Source: a virus
Strand: one strand, 5' to 3'
IMG/VR virus record: IMGVR_UViG_3300020048_000039
Coordinates: 1 to 64,000 of that record
DNA: 64,000 nt
Under the pieces are notes generated by a model. That model was not told the DNA's origin, searched no databases, and saw only the letters and a program-made list of their open reading frames with translations. This document shows positions 9,743 to 19,867 of the stretch, one piece after another (position 1 is the first letter of the stretch; every line of letters starts with the position of its first letter). Made by a program: the position numbers and the translations under genes.

Positions 9743-10617
9743 TAATCTTCATAAAAATCAACCTTTTCGAAGAAATATATTTCTTTGAATGGTTTAATTG
9801 CAATTCTTATTTCTTTTGTTGATAGATTGGTCTGTTCTTTTAGAAACAGCAATATTTTATTCTTTGCAAACTTGTTTGTGACTCTTTTATTGAACTTTCC
9901 ATCGGGACTATCTTCCATAAATAATATGTGCCAGTTCTTCAACACATTCACAATTGCTTCTCCAACCACCATTTCATTCTTTTTAATTGAAGTATCTCCA
10001 TCAATTTTAGTTTCTATCTTTTCGATAACATTATTGATAAGTTTTTCCAAATGGTGCTGAGTTTCTAACTCTAATTCGTAGCTATATTCGATGTTCTCAT
10101 TAATTTCGTCAATGTAATCATCAAACGACAGATTTATTTTCTTTTCAGTATAGCTTTTTTTACTGTGGTCTTTATAGTAGTTTCTGATTATGGTCTGACA
10201 ATAACTAAATGCTTTGGAGTTAAATATTCTGTATTCATGTAAATCATTTAGATTTATTAATGACAACAGCATTTCTTCTGCATTTTTCTGATAGATAAAT
10301 CTATAAGCATCACCCAATTTAATCCATTTTTCAGTATTACCAACGTGACGCTCAATAATAAATGGCTTATATCTAACCATGTGCTCGATTAGGTGGGTTA
10401 AGGCATTAGATTCCACTTCTTCCATATCGTAGTTTCCAATATGTATTGGGTATACTCTTAAAATAGACTCACTCATTTTCTTAAATGGTTGAAGTAAAAT
10501 CTGATTGTATATTTTATTCTTTTCTTCGAGTGAATCAGATAATATATAATCTAAAACTGCTTGTTCTTCCCTTTCAGCAAAATATGGCTCATTAGCTTCT
10601 GTGTCTTTCTTTCTCAT
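9742..10617 (-). CDS. sigma-factor-like protein, putative late transcription factor (gp55-like)
   Basis: YF...EEQAV..Y start and KAFSYCQTIIRNYY...EKK resemble the gp55/sigma region 2 motif. Confidence 0.55.
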   Translation of the reverse strand: MRKKDTEANEPYFAEREEQAVLDYILSDSLEEKNKIYNQILLQPFKKMSESILRVYPIHIGNYDMEEVESNALTHLIEHMVRYKPFIIERHVGNTEKWIKLGDAYRFIYQKNAEEMLLSLINLNDLHEYRIFNSKAFSYCQTIIRNYYKDHSKKSYTEKKINLSFDDYIDEINENIEYSYELELETQHHLEKLINNVIEKIETKIDGDTSIKKNEMVVGEAIVNVLKNWHILFMEDSPDGKFNKRVTNKFAKNKILLFLKEQTNLSTKEIRIAIKPFKEIYFFEKVDFYED

Positions 10618-10646
10618 TCATATAGTTTCAACTTATAAGATTATTT

Positions 10647-11444
10647 TTAAACAACAATCTGTTTTGGAAGCCTTGACATATCGATTACTCTATCATTAGT
10701 AAAGTTTGCTTCATTTGTTGCAGTATCAAACCAAAATTTTCTTTCAGCAATTGGCATTTCCTTGTTATATACATCAAACATACTGTTTTCACGTGTTGCC
10801 AAGTGTTTATAGCCGATTTTTGGAATACTATAAATCTTACAGGCGTTGTTTAATGCTCTAAGTAAGAACTCATACATAAAACTTAGCTTAATGTTTGATT
10901 TATACTTACCAACATTAATAAACTCAGACTTCTTGATGATTGCACCACTAAGTTTAAAGTCTGTATATTGTTTTAATGCACCTGCATTGAGATAACCCAT
11001 TTCACCATTTTCACCAACAAATTGTTGTGCCCAAACGGTTTCATTTGTTATTTTCATACCTTCTCCCCTGTCATTTACTTCAATCATCATAGTTAAGAAT
11101 ACGTCAATATTTGGATATGCTTCGGTGTATGCAACTGCGTTTTTAAAATAAGTAGTACTGAACTCGTCATCAAATTCGAGAACCGTGAAGTAATCGGTTT
11201 TAACGTTTTCGACACCAAGATTTACTTGTGATTGATAATCGATTTTGCCTTCATTTTTAATGATAGTCACCGTTATACCACTGGCTTCACCAAGTTGGTC
11301 GTAAACATCTGGTGGACAAACCACCATTACTTGTGGTTGTTCAACTGCGTTTTCTTGTTTAACAATAGACTCAATTGCTTTACTCAAGTACCCCTGTACT
11401 TTTTCACTGTATTCGTGTATTGGAATTATTACTGTAATATTCAT
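10647..11444 (-). CDS. glycosyltransferase family 2
   Basis: ITVIIPIHE...AIESI N-terminus; LEFDDE (DxD-like). Confidence 0.85.
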   Translation of the reverse strand: MNITVIIPIHEYSEKVQGYLSKAIESIVKQENAVEQPQVMVVCPPDVYDQLGEASGITVTIIKNEGKIDYQSQVNLGVENVKTDYFTVLEFDDEFSTTYFKNAVAYTEAYPNIDVFLTMMIEVNDRGEGMKITNETVWAQQFVGENGEMGYLNAGALKQYTDFKLSGAIIKKSEFINVGKYKSNIKLSFMYEFLLRALNNACKIYSIPKIGYKHLATRENSMFDVYNKEMPIAERKFWFDTATNEANFTNDRVIDMSRLPKQIVV

Positions 11445-11470
11445 TTGTATGTTTTTAATTAAGATTAATA

Positions 11471-12643
11471 TTATTTTGGTTGGTAAGGAATTGTTTCAAT
11501 CTGTGGTACTGCTGCTGGAACTAACGCTGCTTGAAGCAAGTTAATTCTTTGGTCAATATATGATTGATAAATCTTCTGCAATGCAGCTTCTGCACCTTCC
11601 TGTGTATATTTTGCAGCTATAGCATCCATAGATTCATACAATGCTGGCGTAATACTGTCATCCAAGAATTTAATTAGGACTTCACCCGCTAATACTGGCA
11701 AATCATAGAAATTATCAGTCCAAACACCTGCGCCTTCAACTACTTTTACAACCACACCATTTTCGTCCCTTTCAAGCATATAGTCTGGCATAACATCTGG
11801 TTTAAGACAGATGGGAACAGTACCTACTTTCATACATTCCAATGGAAATGTACCAAATGATGCAATTCTATCAATCCAAATTGCTGCAAAGTTTCCACTA
11901 AGCCTTTTTGCAAAGTCAACCCTACGCATTGCTTGTGGTGGTTTACTCTTTGTGAGCATTGGGTCAAAAGTTACCCAACTGTATTGTGGAAACCTGCTAA
12001 AGAAAAGTTTAACAAATTTCGAAATTTCATTGGCGTTCCTACCAACAACAGAAATAATTGGTTTCTGTGGAATTTTAGATTTCTGGAAATATTCTGGAAT
12101 ACCTAAATTATACACAACAATATTAAACTTATTTAGACCGTAGAAAGTTTCTACCAACTCTTTAAGTGTTTGTGATGTTGTGATAATATCACGAATACCA
12201 AATGACGACCAATCTGTACCGGGAATCAAACTATTTACCATGTAGTCAACAGATTGTATAATACCAATTCTTACACAAGGTAAATTTTTAGTCTGTTCCA
12301 TGACATTAGAATAAATTTCAGGAATAAGCATTATGTCTTCTGGACCGACCGTTAACTTAGGGTCAGCAATTGACATGTGCTTGTGATTTGTAAGTTCTTT
12401 CTCAATCCACGTTGGTGCTGTGTAATCACCACGTTCAATCAATACAATTACTTCATATCCCATATTTTTCATCACTGTTGCATGAAAGTATAATTCATAT
12501 ACACTTGCACTTGGATTTTGTGATTCAGGAATACAAATTAAATATTTTGATTCTTTATCTCTAAGTTTAACTAAAGATGTTTTAATCTTTTCGATTTTTT
12601 CTTGTTCAGCCTGAATAGCTGCTGTGTTTAATTCTTCGCTCAT
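11471..12643 (-). CDS. GT-B fold glycosyltransferase (GT4-like)
   Basis: FGTFPLECMKVGTVPI resembles the GT4 E-x7-E / G.P motif region. Confidence 0.65.
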   Translation of the reverse strand: MSEELNTAAIQAEQEKIEKIKTSLVKLRDKESKYLICIPESQNPSASVYELYFHATVMKNMGYEVIVLIERGDYTAPTWIEKELTNHKHMSIADPKLTVGPEDIMLIPEIYSNVMEQTKNLPCVRIGIIQSVDYMVNSLIPGTDWSSFGIRDIITTSQTLKELVETFYGLNKFNIVVYNLGIPEYFQKSKIPQKPIISVVGRNANEISKFVKLFFSRFPQYSWVTFDPMLTKSKPPQAMRRVDFAKRLSGNFAAIWIDRIASFGTFPLECMKVGTVPICLKPDVMPDYMLERDENGVVVKVVEGAGVWTDNFYDLPVLAGEVLIKFLDDSITPALYESMDAIAAKYTQEGAEAALQKIYQSYIDQRINLLQAALVPAAVPQIETIPYQPK

Positions 12644-12644
12644 T

Positions 12645-13043
12645 TTATTTATTTTTAAGTCTTTCAGTTATTATGTTTGTTATTTTGACGGTGAAATCGC
12701 CTTCCTGTACATATTGTTCTTGTTCCGACATATCATTAAAATCTGACATATTGTTAGTTACTGCTGTGATAATGTCGAAGAAATTTATTTCGGTTTCAAC
12801 ATCAACTTCACGCACTATTCTATAAACAATTGGAAATACAGTATTCTCAACATGTTCATTAGTAATTTCACTATTGACTAAGAATTTAAATATTTGCTCA
12901 AAAATATGAGCACACTTAGATTTTTTTTCTTCTGGCATATCTTTTAATAAACCAAGATTTTCCCATTTAATAAGGATTCCTTCTTTTGTTGTTGGTTCTA
13001 TTTCAATACCATTTACGTTTTTGATTATTTCGATTGCTCCCAT
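12645..13043 (-). CDS. small protein resembling the N-terminal segment of gp23-like major capsid proteins
   Basis: KWENLGLL....K...A..FE....L......ENTVFPIVYRIV; similarity recalled, not computed. Confidence 0.4.
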   Translation of the reverse strand: MGAIEIIKNVNGIEIEPTTKEGILIKWENLGLLKDMPEEKKSKCAHIFEQIFKFLVNSEITNEHVENTVFPIVYRIVREVDVETEINFFDIITAVTNNMSDFNDMSEQEQYVQEGDFTVKITNIITERLKNK

Positions 13044-13044
13044 G

Positions 13045-13785
13045 TTATACTTTTTTATATTTAATTATTTTTTCGAACTCTGGATTGTCAGTTAAATCAT
13101 TAACTTGTAAGACTTCCAATGAGCCTGCTTTTATTTTTTCGTTATATGGTCTTTTAAGTTTTACGAGTTTCTTACCCCAAGGTGCACCAAGTGTTAATAT
13201 TTCGGGGTCGGTTGTAATAAGTACGTCAATATCATCCCACATTTCAGTTGCCTTATCAACAAACTTAATGTTTTTAAACCTTGCAGTCATTCTGCTTAAG
13301 AAAAACAGCGTAGAAGGAATACTAAAACGGTTCTCAACTGAGAATAAAGTAAATTCGACATTATCTCCATACTTCAATAAGAAATTATTTACATGTAAAT
13401 CCATACCCTTATACATAATTGGTGCGCTGGCGTGAATTTCGAAGCAATAATCTTCATATAGAAAACGATTATAAACTTGTTTGGCAGTAAGTGTTACCTT
13501 TGTTGGCAACTTAAATAAGAATATATCTGCTGGTGCTTCACCTAATGCTTCATCGTGTTGATACTCTATAGGATTAATGTTTTCGGGCATATCTTCTGGT
13601 TCTTTTAATTCCTTAATTATTTCATCAGTATCTTCGAATCTATAATGTTTAAAGAAATCATATACATATGGTTGTTCAGGAATACCATCTTCGCCAAATT
13701 CTTGTGCATAAAATCTATCAAATTGAAGCCATTTTGCTCTAAAGATTTCATTTATGTCAATTCCTACTTTTAATTTTTTACTCAT
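13045..13785 (-). CDS. HAD-superfamily 5'(3')-deoxyribonucleotidase-like protein
   Basis: N-terminal VGIDINEIFR (motif I variant, DxN); DVLITTDP late motif. Confidence 0.55.
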   Translation of the reverse strand: MSKKLKVGIDINEIFRAKWLQFDRFYAQEFGEDGIPEQPYVYDFFKHYRFEDTDEIIKELKEPEDMPENINPIEYQHDEALGEAPADIFLFKLPTKVTLTAKQVYNRFLYEDYCFEIHASAPIMYKGMDLHVNNFLLKYGDNVEFTLFSVENRFSIPSTLFFLSRMTARFKNIKFVDKATEMWDDIDVLITTDPEILTLGAPWGKKLVKLKRPYNEKIKAGSLEVLQVNDLTDNPEFEKIIKYKKV

Positions 13786-14056
13786 TTTCTTGTTTTATTT
13801 GTTCCAATTGATATTGGAGTAATTCATGTAATTTTTTCATCATCCTCTCATGTTCATCAATCAATTCCATTTCCAAAACATATTTAGGATTAATGCATTC
13901 AATTCTTGTATCTGCTGATTGTACAGGAATTGATATAATCTCACCTTCAAAAGTTTGTGGCGATATTTTTGCTGTTACCTTCTGAACATATGTTGGTATG
14001 TCTTCCAATCGAACACCAGCAACACCTACATATATAACAATTATTTTATTCTCCAC
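13778..14056 (-). CDS. hypothetical protein (probable GTG start at 14056, 92 aa)
   Basis: The track's longer start overlaps phoH by 125 bp; GTG-GAG-AAT-AAA at the phoH stop is more plausible. Confidence 0.65.
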   Translation of the reverse strand: MENKIIVIYVGVAGVRLEDIPTYVQKVTAKISPQTFEGEIISIPVQSADTRIECINPKYVLEMELIDEHERMMKKLHELLQYQLEQIKQENE

Positions 14057-15950
14057 TGTCGTTAAATTTTTCTTGTTCTTCTTTAATTTGCTCAACCAAT
14101 AACTGTTTTTTTCCATTAGCAGTCTTTGTACCACCCGATGCTGCAAGATATTCTTTGTATTTTGCAACAATTATATCAATAAGTGGATTTCTCACATTAT
14201 CATCATTATCATCCATAGCAATTGTACCAATTTGTGGAACATCTTTATACATTTCTAATAATGGTTCTAATGAACTATCTTTTTTATTCGCCAAGTCAAT
14301 TTGGTCAATATCACCCAATATTATCATTTTAGCATTACTACCCAAACGTGTTAATAAGGTCAGAGCATTATCAAGTATTATATTTTGCATTTCATCGGCA
14401 ATAATAATACAGTCATCTAAACTTGCTCCTTTAATATATGCAAGTGGAAATGGTCTAAGATATTCCTGTTCAAGTAATGTCTTAATTGAAGCTTCATGTA
14501 TGACCTTCTCCATGTTGATGAAAAAACTCAACATAAATGGCTCAAACTTATCTTTCATATCACCCTTTAAAAACCCAATTTCTTCCTTTTTAAGAGTAGT
14601 AACCGACTTAACTAAGTAGATTCTCTTATATCGATTTCCTGCCTTCCTGAGTAAGCTAAGTGCATATGCAACAGCAACAAAAGTATTGTGTGTCACTATT
14701 AAATCATTAGTTAAATATGTATGATTATCGTCATCAACCATAATGCACTGTGCTTCTTTTTTTCCAACATATCTAATATCTTTTATATATCTTATTGGGA
14801 AATATTTGGATTTTTCTCTAAATAAATTTAATTTTCTTTCTAATTTAAATGGAATAATATTATTTGGTAATCTAAATGAATAAGTGTATGATAGTTTACA
14901 ATCAACAGTAATATTGTTTTTTTTATATTTACCTTTTTTAATAATAAGTTTATTTACAATACCACCCAATGACTCAATTAAAAATTTAAAATCATTAATT
15001 AATTTTTTTGATGCAGTAGTAAACGATAAACTTCCACTTTTATTTTCAATTGTTCCATCACTATCCATCAAACCTTGTAATAATGCAATTCTACTATCAA
15101 TATCATTAATCAAATAATCATTAGGTATAAATTTATTTTCAGATTTTAATCCTAATAAATCATATGATTTTATTAAATATGTAAATCCCTCATATTGTTC
15201 TCTATCTTTCATTATGATAGAATAGTCGATTTTGGATGAAGGTATTTTAGATAAAACATATTTTTCAGGTAAATAATTATTTACATCATTTATTATTTCA
15301 TCATCAATTGTTGTTAATCTCACATTTGGTGCACTAAAGCAACCATCACCTATTAACACTCCCATTACATACGGATGTATTTTAACTTTTTTATTGTTAA
15401 AACTAATTGGTTTTGTAATTGGAATTGAGTAATTTCTGCGTCCGTCTCTTTTTATTAAAATATCATCTTTTAATTCGGATAATTGTCTTATTTTAAAATC
15501 TGATTTATTGTTTCTATCATTATTTGATTTAGTAAGCCATAAATGTTCATCACAGCATTCAGCAACACTATTATCAGTAAATTCCACTTCATAAATATCT
15601 TTTTCACCTTGTGGAAAAATACCAATAACATTGGTTAAATTTCCATTCATAGTAAAAATTCTATCACCAATTTTAATATCACCCATTCTAACGAAACCAT
15701 TTTCACCCAATATTAATGAATCTAATGGTTGTGCTTTTCCAGTACCTGCTTTTCCACTACAAATTGTTATTTCATTATTTTTTATTGATTGTATTAATTT
15801 TTTTTGACTATCGTTTTTTGCAATTAATTTAATGTCGTTTGGGACTATTTTAGTTATTATGTTTTTTGCTTTTGCAATTTCTGCACTACTGTTTATCACA
15901 GTAAGTATTTCTTCATATTCCTTTTCATCAACAAATTTATCTTTTCCCAT
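14046..15950 (-). CDS. phoH: PhoH-like ATPase interrupted by an intein (about 284-aa extein plus 350-aa intein)
   Basis: Walker A GKAGTGK|T, PLAYIKGASLDD.IIIADEMQN, TRLG..AKMIILGD..QIDL. Confidence 0.93.
   Translation of the reverse strand: MGKDKFVDEKEYEEILTVINSSAEIAKAKNIITKIVPNDIKLIAKNDSQKKLIQSIKNNEITICSGKAGTGKAQPLDSLILGENGFVRMGDIKIGDRIFTMNGNLTNVIGIFPQGEKDIYEVEFTDNSVAECCDEHLWLTKSNNDRNNKSDFKIRQLSELKDDILIKRDGRRNYSIPITKPISFNNKKVKIHPYVMGVLIGDGCFSAPNVRLTTIDDEIINDVNNYLPEKYVLSKIPSSKIDYSIIMKDREQYEGFTYLIKSYDLLGLKSENKFIPNDYLINDIDSRIALLQGLMDSDGTIENKSGSLSFTTASKKLINDFKFLIESLGGIVNKLIIKKGKYKKNNITVDCKLSYTYSFRLPNNIIPFKLERKLNLFREKSKYFPIRYIKDIRYVGKKEAQCIMVDDDNHTYLTNDLIVTHNTFVAVAYALSLLRKAGNRYKRIYLVKSVTTLKKEEIGFLKGDMKDKFEPFMLSFFINMEKVIHEASIKTLLEQEYLRPFPLAYIKGASLDDCIIIADEMQNIILDNALTLLTRLGSNAKMIILGDIDQIDLANKKDSSLEPLLEMYKDVPQIGTIAMDDNDDNVRNPLIDIIVAKYKEYLAASGGTKTANGKKQLLVEQIKEEQEKFNDSGE
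14685..15734 (-). mobile_element. class 3 intein with LAGLIDADG homing endonuclease
   Basis: Starts AQPLD (Ala1), ends VTHN|T; Trp in CCDEHLW, Cys in AQCIMV and Thr in VTHN form the WCT triplet; LAGLIDADG motifs VMGVLIGDG and LLQGLMDSDG. Confidence 0.88.
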
Positions 15951-16043
15951 ATTCCCTTTTTTAATTAAGATATTATTTCTTTTATATATGCTTATACGCA
16001 GAAATAATATTTATCTTGAATCACGAACAAAATTTTTTTCCTC

Positions 16044-16051
16044 GTATTTAT
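16044..16051 (+). promoter_or_regulatory. putative late promoter GTATTTAT
   Basis: Upstream of 16087. Confidence 0.55.
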
Positions 16052-16086
16052 CAAAACAATAATAAAATATAAAAAATTATAAAAAT

Positions 16087-17025
16087 ATGGACGAAAACAA
16101 CATTCCACAAAAAGAAAGCATCGGTGATGCAATTAGAAACTTTAAACAAGGTACTGGTCAGGTTGCAGTAAATGAAAATTCTTATGTTAAAACAGAAGGA
16201 GTTCCTTCAATGCCAAAATCAACTGCAATGCCAAGAACAACATTTAATCCACAGGATTTTGAAGCTTCAATGTCAAAAGAAACTGACCCTGATTTAATGA
16301 TGTCATATGAAATGGTTAAATTACCTTCTGGTGGTTTATTCTATTCACATGGTATTTCTGAGGTTGCTGTCGAATATATGACATCAAAAGACGAAGACTT
16401 GTTAACTACACCTTCATTAATTGATAATGGTACTGTATTAGATGTATTATTAAAAAGAAAAATTAAAACAAAAGGTATTACAGTTGACGAATTACTAACT
16501 GGTGATAGAAATGCAATTATTCTATTCTTACGTACATCAAGTTATGGTTCAGATTATACTGTAAATGTAACTGACCCAAGGTCAGGAATACCATTTATCA
16601 CGAAGGTAGACCTTTTAAGACTACACTATAAAGAAATTAAGGAAAAACCAGACGAATTTGGTCATTTTCAAGTGGAAATACCTATGCGTAAAAAACTGGT
16701 AACACTAAGACTTTTAAGTGCTGGTGAAGAAAATCTTATATTTAAAAAAGCACAGGCAATACAAGAGGCTTATAATGAGGACTTTACACAATATACAACA
16801 ATGAAATTAAAAGCTTCAATTGTTGCTATTAATGAAAGAACTGATAGGTCGTACATTGATAAGTTTGTTGACGTTATGCCAGCATTGGATGCATTTACTA
16901 TTCGTAAAAAGTTATTGGATGTTAATCCAGATGTTGATATGGAATACGAATTTATGGCAAAGGACGGATATAAATTCTTCACTAATTTAACTGTGGGCGT
17001 AGATTTTTTTTTCCCAAGCACTTAG
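16087..17025 (+). CDS. tail assembly chaperone / baseplate hub assembly protein (gp26-like)
   Basis: VKLPSGGLFY, YMTSKDEDLL, GDRNAI...R..SYG; ends VDFFFP; lies upstream of tape measure. Confidence 0.7.
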   Translation: MDENNIPQKESIGDAIRNFKQGTGQVAVNENSYVKTEGVPSMPKSTAMPRTTFNPQDFEASMSKETDPDLMMSYEMVKLPSGGLFYSHGISEVAVEYMTSKDEDLLTTPSLIDNGTVLDVLLKRKIKTKGITVDELLTGDRNAIILFLRTSSYGSDYTVNVTDPRSGIPFITKVDLLRLHYKEIKEKPDEFGHFQVEIPMRKKLVTLRLLSAGEENLIFKKAQAIQEAYNEDFTQYTTMKLKASIVAINERTDRSYIDKFVDVMPALDAFTIRKKLLDVNPDVDMEYEFMAKDGYKFFTNLTVGVDFFFPST

Positions 17026-17219
17026 CGGGTGAGTATAAAAAGATGGTCGATGAAGAGATATATATCTTGACCAAACACGCTAAGTTTCAAGCAGATTATA
17101 TCGAAAAGCTCCCTATTTATAGAAGAAGGCACTTTTTATTCCTACTTCAAAAAGAAAATGAGGAAAGGGAAAAACAACAAGAACAAATTCGTAGCAAAAA
17201 TAATAGACCAAGACGTTAA
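17004..17219 (+). CDS. -1 frame extension of the chaperone (gp51/gpT-like), or a 58-aa ORF from ATG 17043
   Basis: The -1 frame is open from the T9 run at 17004-17012 to TAA 17217-17219; encodes EIYILTKHAKF...IEKLPIYRRRHFLFLL. Confidence 0.65.
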   Translation, partial: FFFPKHLAGEYKKMVDEEIYILTKHAKFQADYIEKLPIYRRRHFLFLLQKENEEREKQQEQIRSKNNRPRR

Positions 17220-17234
17220 AAAATCTTGGTCTTT

Positions 17235-17242
17235 GTATTTAT
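17235..17242 (+). promoter_or_regulatory. putative late promoter GTATTTAT
   Basis: Upstream of tape measure. Confidence 0.55.
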
Positions 17243-17260
17243 ATCAAACAATAAATACTT

Positions 17261-19816
17261 ATGCCACCAAAAACGACTAAAGGAAAAATTGCAGAAAAGC
17301 AGGTAGAACAATCAATACAAGCCTATAATGACTTACAAAAAGCATTAAAAGGTGTTGGTAATGAACAAGAAAGGCTTGCTCAAGCACAAGAGGCATATGC
17401 AGATAAACAAAGACTTATTAATGACCTCACGGCTAATCATAAGGCATTAAATGCTGAACAAACCCAATTATTGTTAGAATTAGTTAGTTCACAAGCAAAA
17501 GATTTAAAATTAATAAGGGAAAAAGTTACAGCAGCAAAACAAGAAACTGCTCAACTAAAAGAACAGAAAAAATTACTTGACGAACAAATTAAAAAAAGAC
17601 AACAATTACTTGCTTTTGGTAAAGCAGTTGTTGACCAATTTAAAATTGGCTGGAAATATTTACAGGATTCCGATAAAATTATTAAACAAACAATTCTTAG
17701 TCTTGGTATGTCAGGGACAAAAGCAAATGAAATGCGTTTGTCGTTTGAACAAACTATTGGTCTTGCTGGTGTATTGGGTGCTGCAATGGAAGACTTAGCT
17801 AAAATTCAAATGGGTTTTGCTGATGAAACTGGTAGGGCACGTACTTTATCAAAAGAGACATTATTAGATATCGTTGCAATTGGTAAAGGTACTGGTTTGG
17901 GTATAGAAAATGCAACAAAACTTGCAGCACAATTTGAGTTCATGGGTGTTGATGCTAAAAATACTGTTAAATTTGTACAGGGTGTTGTAGATACATCAGA
18001 AAGAATGGGTGTTAATACTACAAAGGTATTAAAGAACGTTACTGACAATTTTAAGAAATTAGGTACATTCTCATTTAAGAATGGTACAAAAGCATTTGGC
18101 GAAATGGCTATGATGGCTGAAAAGACAAGGGTTAGCATGAAAACTGCTCTTGATGTAGCCGAAGCTAAAAGAAGTTTGGAAGATGTAATTGAGTTAGGTG
18201 CAAATTTGCAGGTTATGGGAGGCAATTTTGCCAAAATGGACCCATTCCAATGGTTATACACAGTTCGTAATGAACCAGAAAAACTAAATGAAGAAATTTC
18301 TAAGATGACTACTGGTATGTACACACTTAAGAAAAATTCTGAGGGTGTATTTGAAAGATTCATTAGTCCTGCCGATGTTGATAGACTTACTAATGTAGCC
18401 AAATCTCTGGGAATTTCTAAAGAAGAAATGTTCGAAATTGCACAGAAACGTTTGGACTTACAGAATATGGATAAAGCATTGGCTGGTACTGGTCTTACCA
18501 AAAAAGAAAAGGAATTAGTTGAAGGTGCTGCAAAATTAAATCAAGAAACAGGTAGATATGAAGTTAGTCTTGCTGGACGTATGACCGATGTACGTGACTT
18601 AACTAAAGAACAAGCCGAATCATTTGTAAAAGAACAAAAAACACTTGAGGAAAGAGCAAAAGAAGCACAAACATTTAATGAAGTAATGGTAAACACTGTT
18701 AATGAATTAAAAGGTGCATTATTACCAATTTTACGTGTAATTAATACAGTATTAGGTGCAATCAGACCCTACTTTGATATGATGGGAAAACTTGCTGGAA
18801 GTGGGCCTGGTAGTATTATTGCTGCTGGAACTATACTCATGGGAGCAGCACTTGCATGGAAAGGAATTGTATGGGGTTTAGGAAATGTAATGAAAAATTG
18901 GGCAGCAAAAAAAGGTGCTGCTGCTGCACTTGAAGCAGGAGGAAGTAATTTAGGTGGTAACGCAGGACCGCCAGTTCGTGATGCAAAAGGTAGATTTGCT
19001 AAAGCTCAACCATTTAAAACTGGTGCAAGAAGTTTTGGTCAAAGTGCTGGTATTGGTGCTGCTGTCGGTTTGGCTGCTGTTGGAGTTGGTGCTGGTATTG
19101 GTTTGGCTGCTGTTGGTATTAGTAAGTTAGCCGATTCTATGTCTAAATTAACCGATAAACAAGCAGAAACACTTAAATCGATTGTAACAACAATATCAGT
19201 TATGGTAGGGATTGGTGCACTTGCTGCTGCCGTTCTCATTGGCTTGGGTGCTGCTGCTGGAACTGCTGCTGCTCCATTAGGATTATTTGGTGGTGCATTA
19301 TCAATAGTGGGTTTAGCTGTATTAGAAATTGGTGCAGGTATAGGATTAGCAACTGCTGGTATATCATTATTAGTTAATGCAATTAGTAATGCAACATCTA
19401 AAGCTGCCGATACTGCAAGTTTAGTGTCTGCCTTTTCAAGTATGACTATTGATAGTGATACAATATCATCAATGGAATCTATTGCTTCAAATTCAGGTAA
19501 ATTTGCAATAATTGGTACTTCATTCTCAAAAATAGGTGCTGCAATGTCAGGTCATGCAGCAGATTTTATTGCAGTAAAAGATGCTATTGAAGGAATTTCT
19601 AATGCAAATCTTACTTCTGGTGGTATGTTAACCGAATTAGCTAACTTACTTAAATCACCATTAAAGGTAGAATTTGCAGATAAAACAGTTAGAATGACAA
19701 ATGATATCACATTACTAATTGACGGTCAAAAACTTATGCATAACACATATGACGTAAATGTTGCAATTCAGAAGCATGTTGCTGCTGTAAATGGAACTGG
19801 TGGACATAAAAAATAA
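17261..19816 (+). CDS. tape measure protein
   Basis: 851 aa; helical N-terminus, Ala/Gly-rich hydrophobic C-terminal half; follows the chaperone. Confidence 0.88.
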   Translation: MPPKTTKGKIAEKQVEQSIQAYNDLQKALKGVGNEQERLAQAQEAYADKQRLINDLTANHKALNAEQTQLLLELVSSQAKDLKLIREKVTAAKQETAQLKEQKKLLDEQIKKRQQLLAFGKAVVDQFKIGWKYLQDSDKIIKQTILSLGMSGTKANEMRLSFEQTIGLAGVLGAAMEDLAKIQMGFADETGRARTLSKETLLDIVAIGKGTGLGIENATKLAAQFEFMGVDAKNTVKFVQGVVDTSERMGVNTTKVLKNVTDNFKKLGTFSFKNGTKAFGEMAMMAEKTRVSMKTALDVAEAKRSLEDVIELGANLQVMGGNFAKMDPFQWLYTVRNEPEKLNEEISKMTTGMYTLKKNSEGVFERFISPADVDRLTNVAKSLGISKEEMFEIAQKRLDLQNMDKALAGTGLTKKEKELVEGAAKLNQETGRYEVSLAGRMTDVRDLTKEQAESFVKEQKTLEERAKEAQTFNEVMVNTVNELKGALLPILRVINTVLGAIRPYFDMMGKLAGSGPGSIIAAGTILMGAALAWKGIVWGLGNVMKNWAAKKGAAAALEAGGSNLGGNAGPPVRDAKGRFAKAQPFKTGARSFGQSAGIGAAVGLAAVGVGAGIGLAAVGISKLADSMSKLTDKQAETLKSIVTTISVMVGIGALAAAVLIGLGAAAGTAAAPLGLFGGALSIVGLAVLEIGAGIGLATAGISLLVNAISNATSKAADTASLVSAFSSMTIDSDTISSMESIASNSGKFAIIGTSFSKIGAAMSGHAADFIAVKDAIEGISNANLTSGGMLTELANLLKSPLKVEFADKTVRMTNDITLLIDGQKLMHNTYDVNVAIQKHVAAVNGTGGHKK

Positions 19817-19867
19817 AGTATAAAATGTTAATGATTTGTTAATTATTAACAATTTTCTAAAAAACAC

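Noticed and set aside
13778-14170. 130-aa version of the ORF downstream of phoH
   Set aside because: It would overlap phoH by 125 bp; the GTG at 14056 gives a normal short overlap.
17806-18501. 231-aa antisense ORF in tape measure (and similar shadow ORFs such as 14155-14619, 21118-21513, 53994-54449)
   Set aside because: Exact-antisense shadows of real genes with no motifs, promoters or plausible composition.
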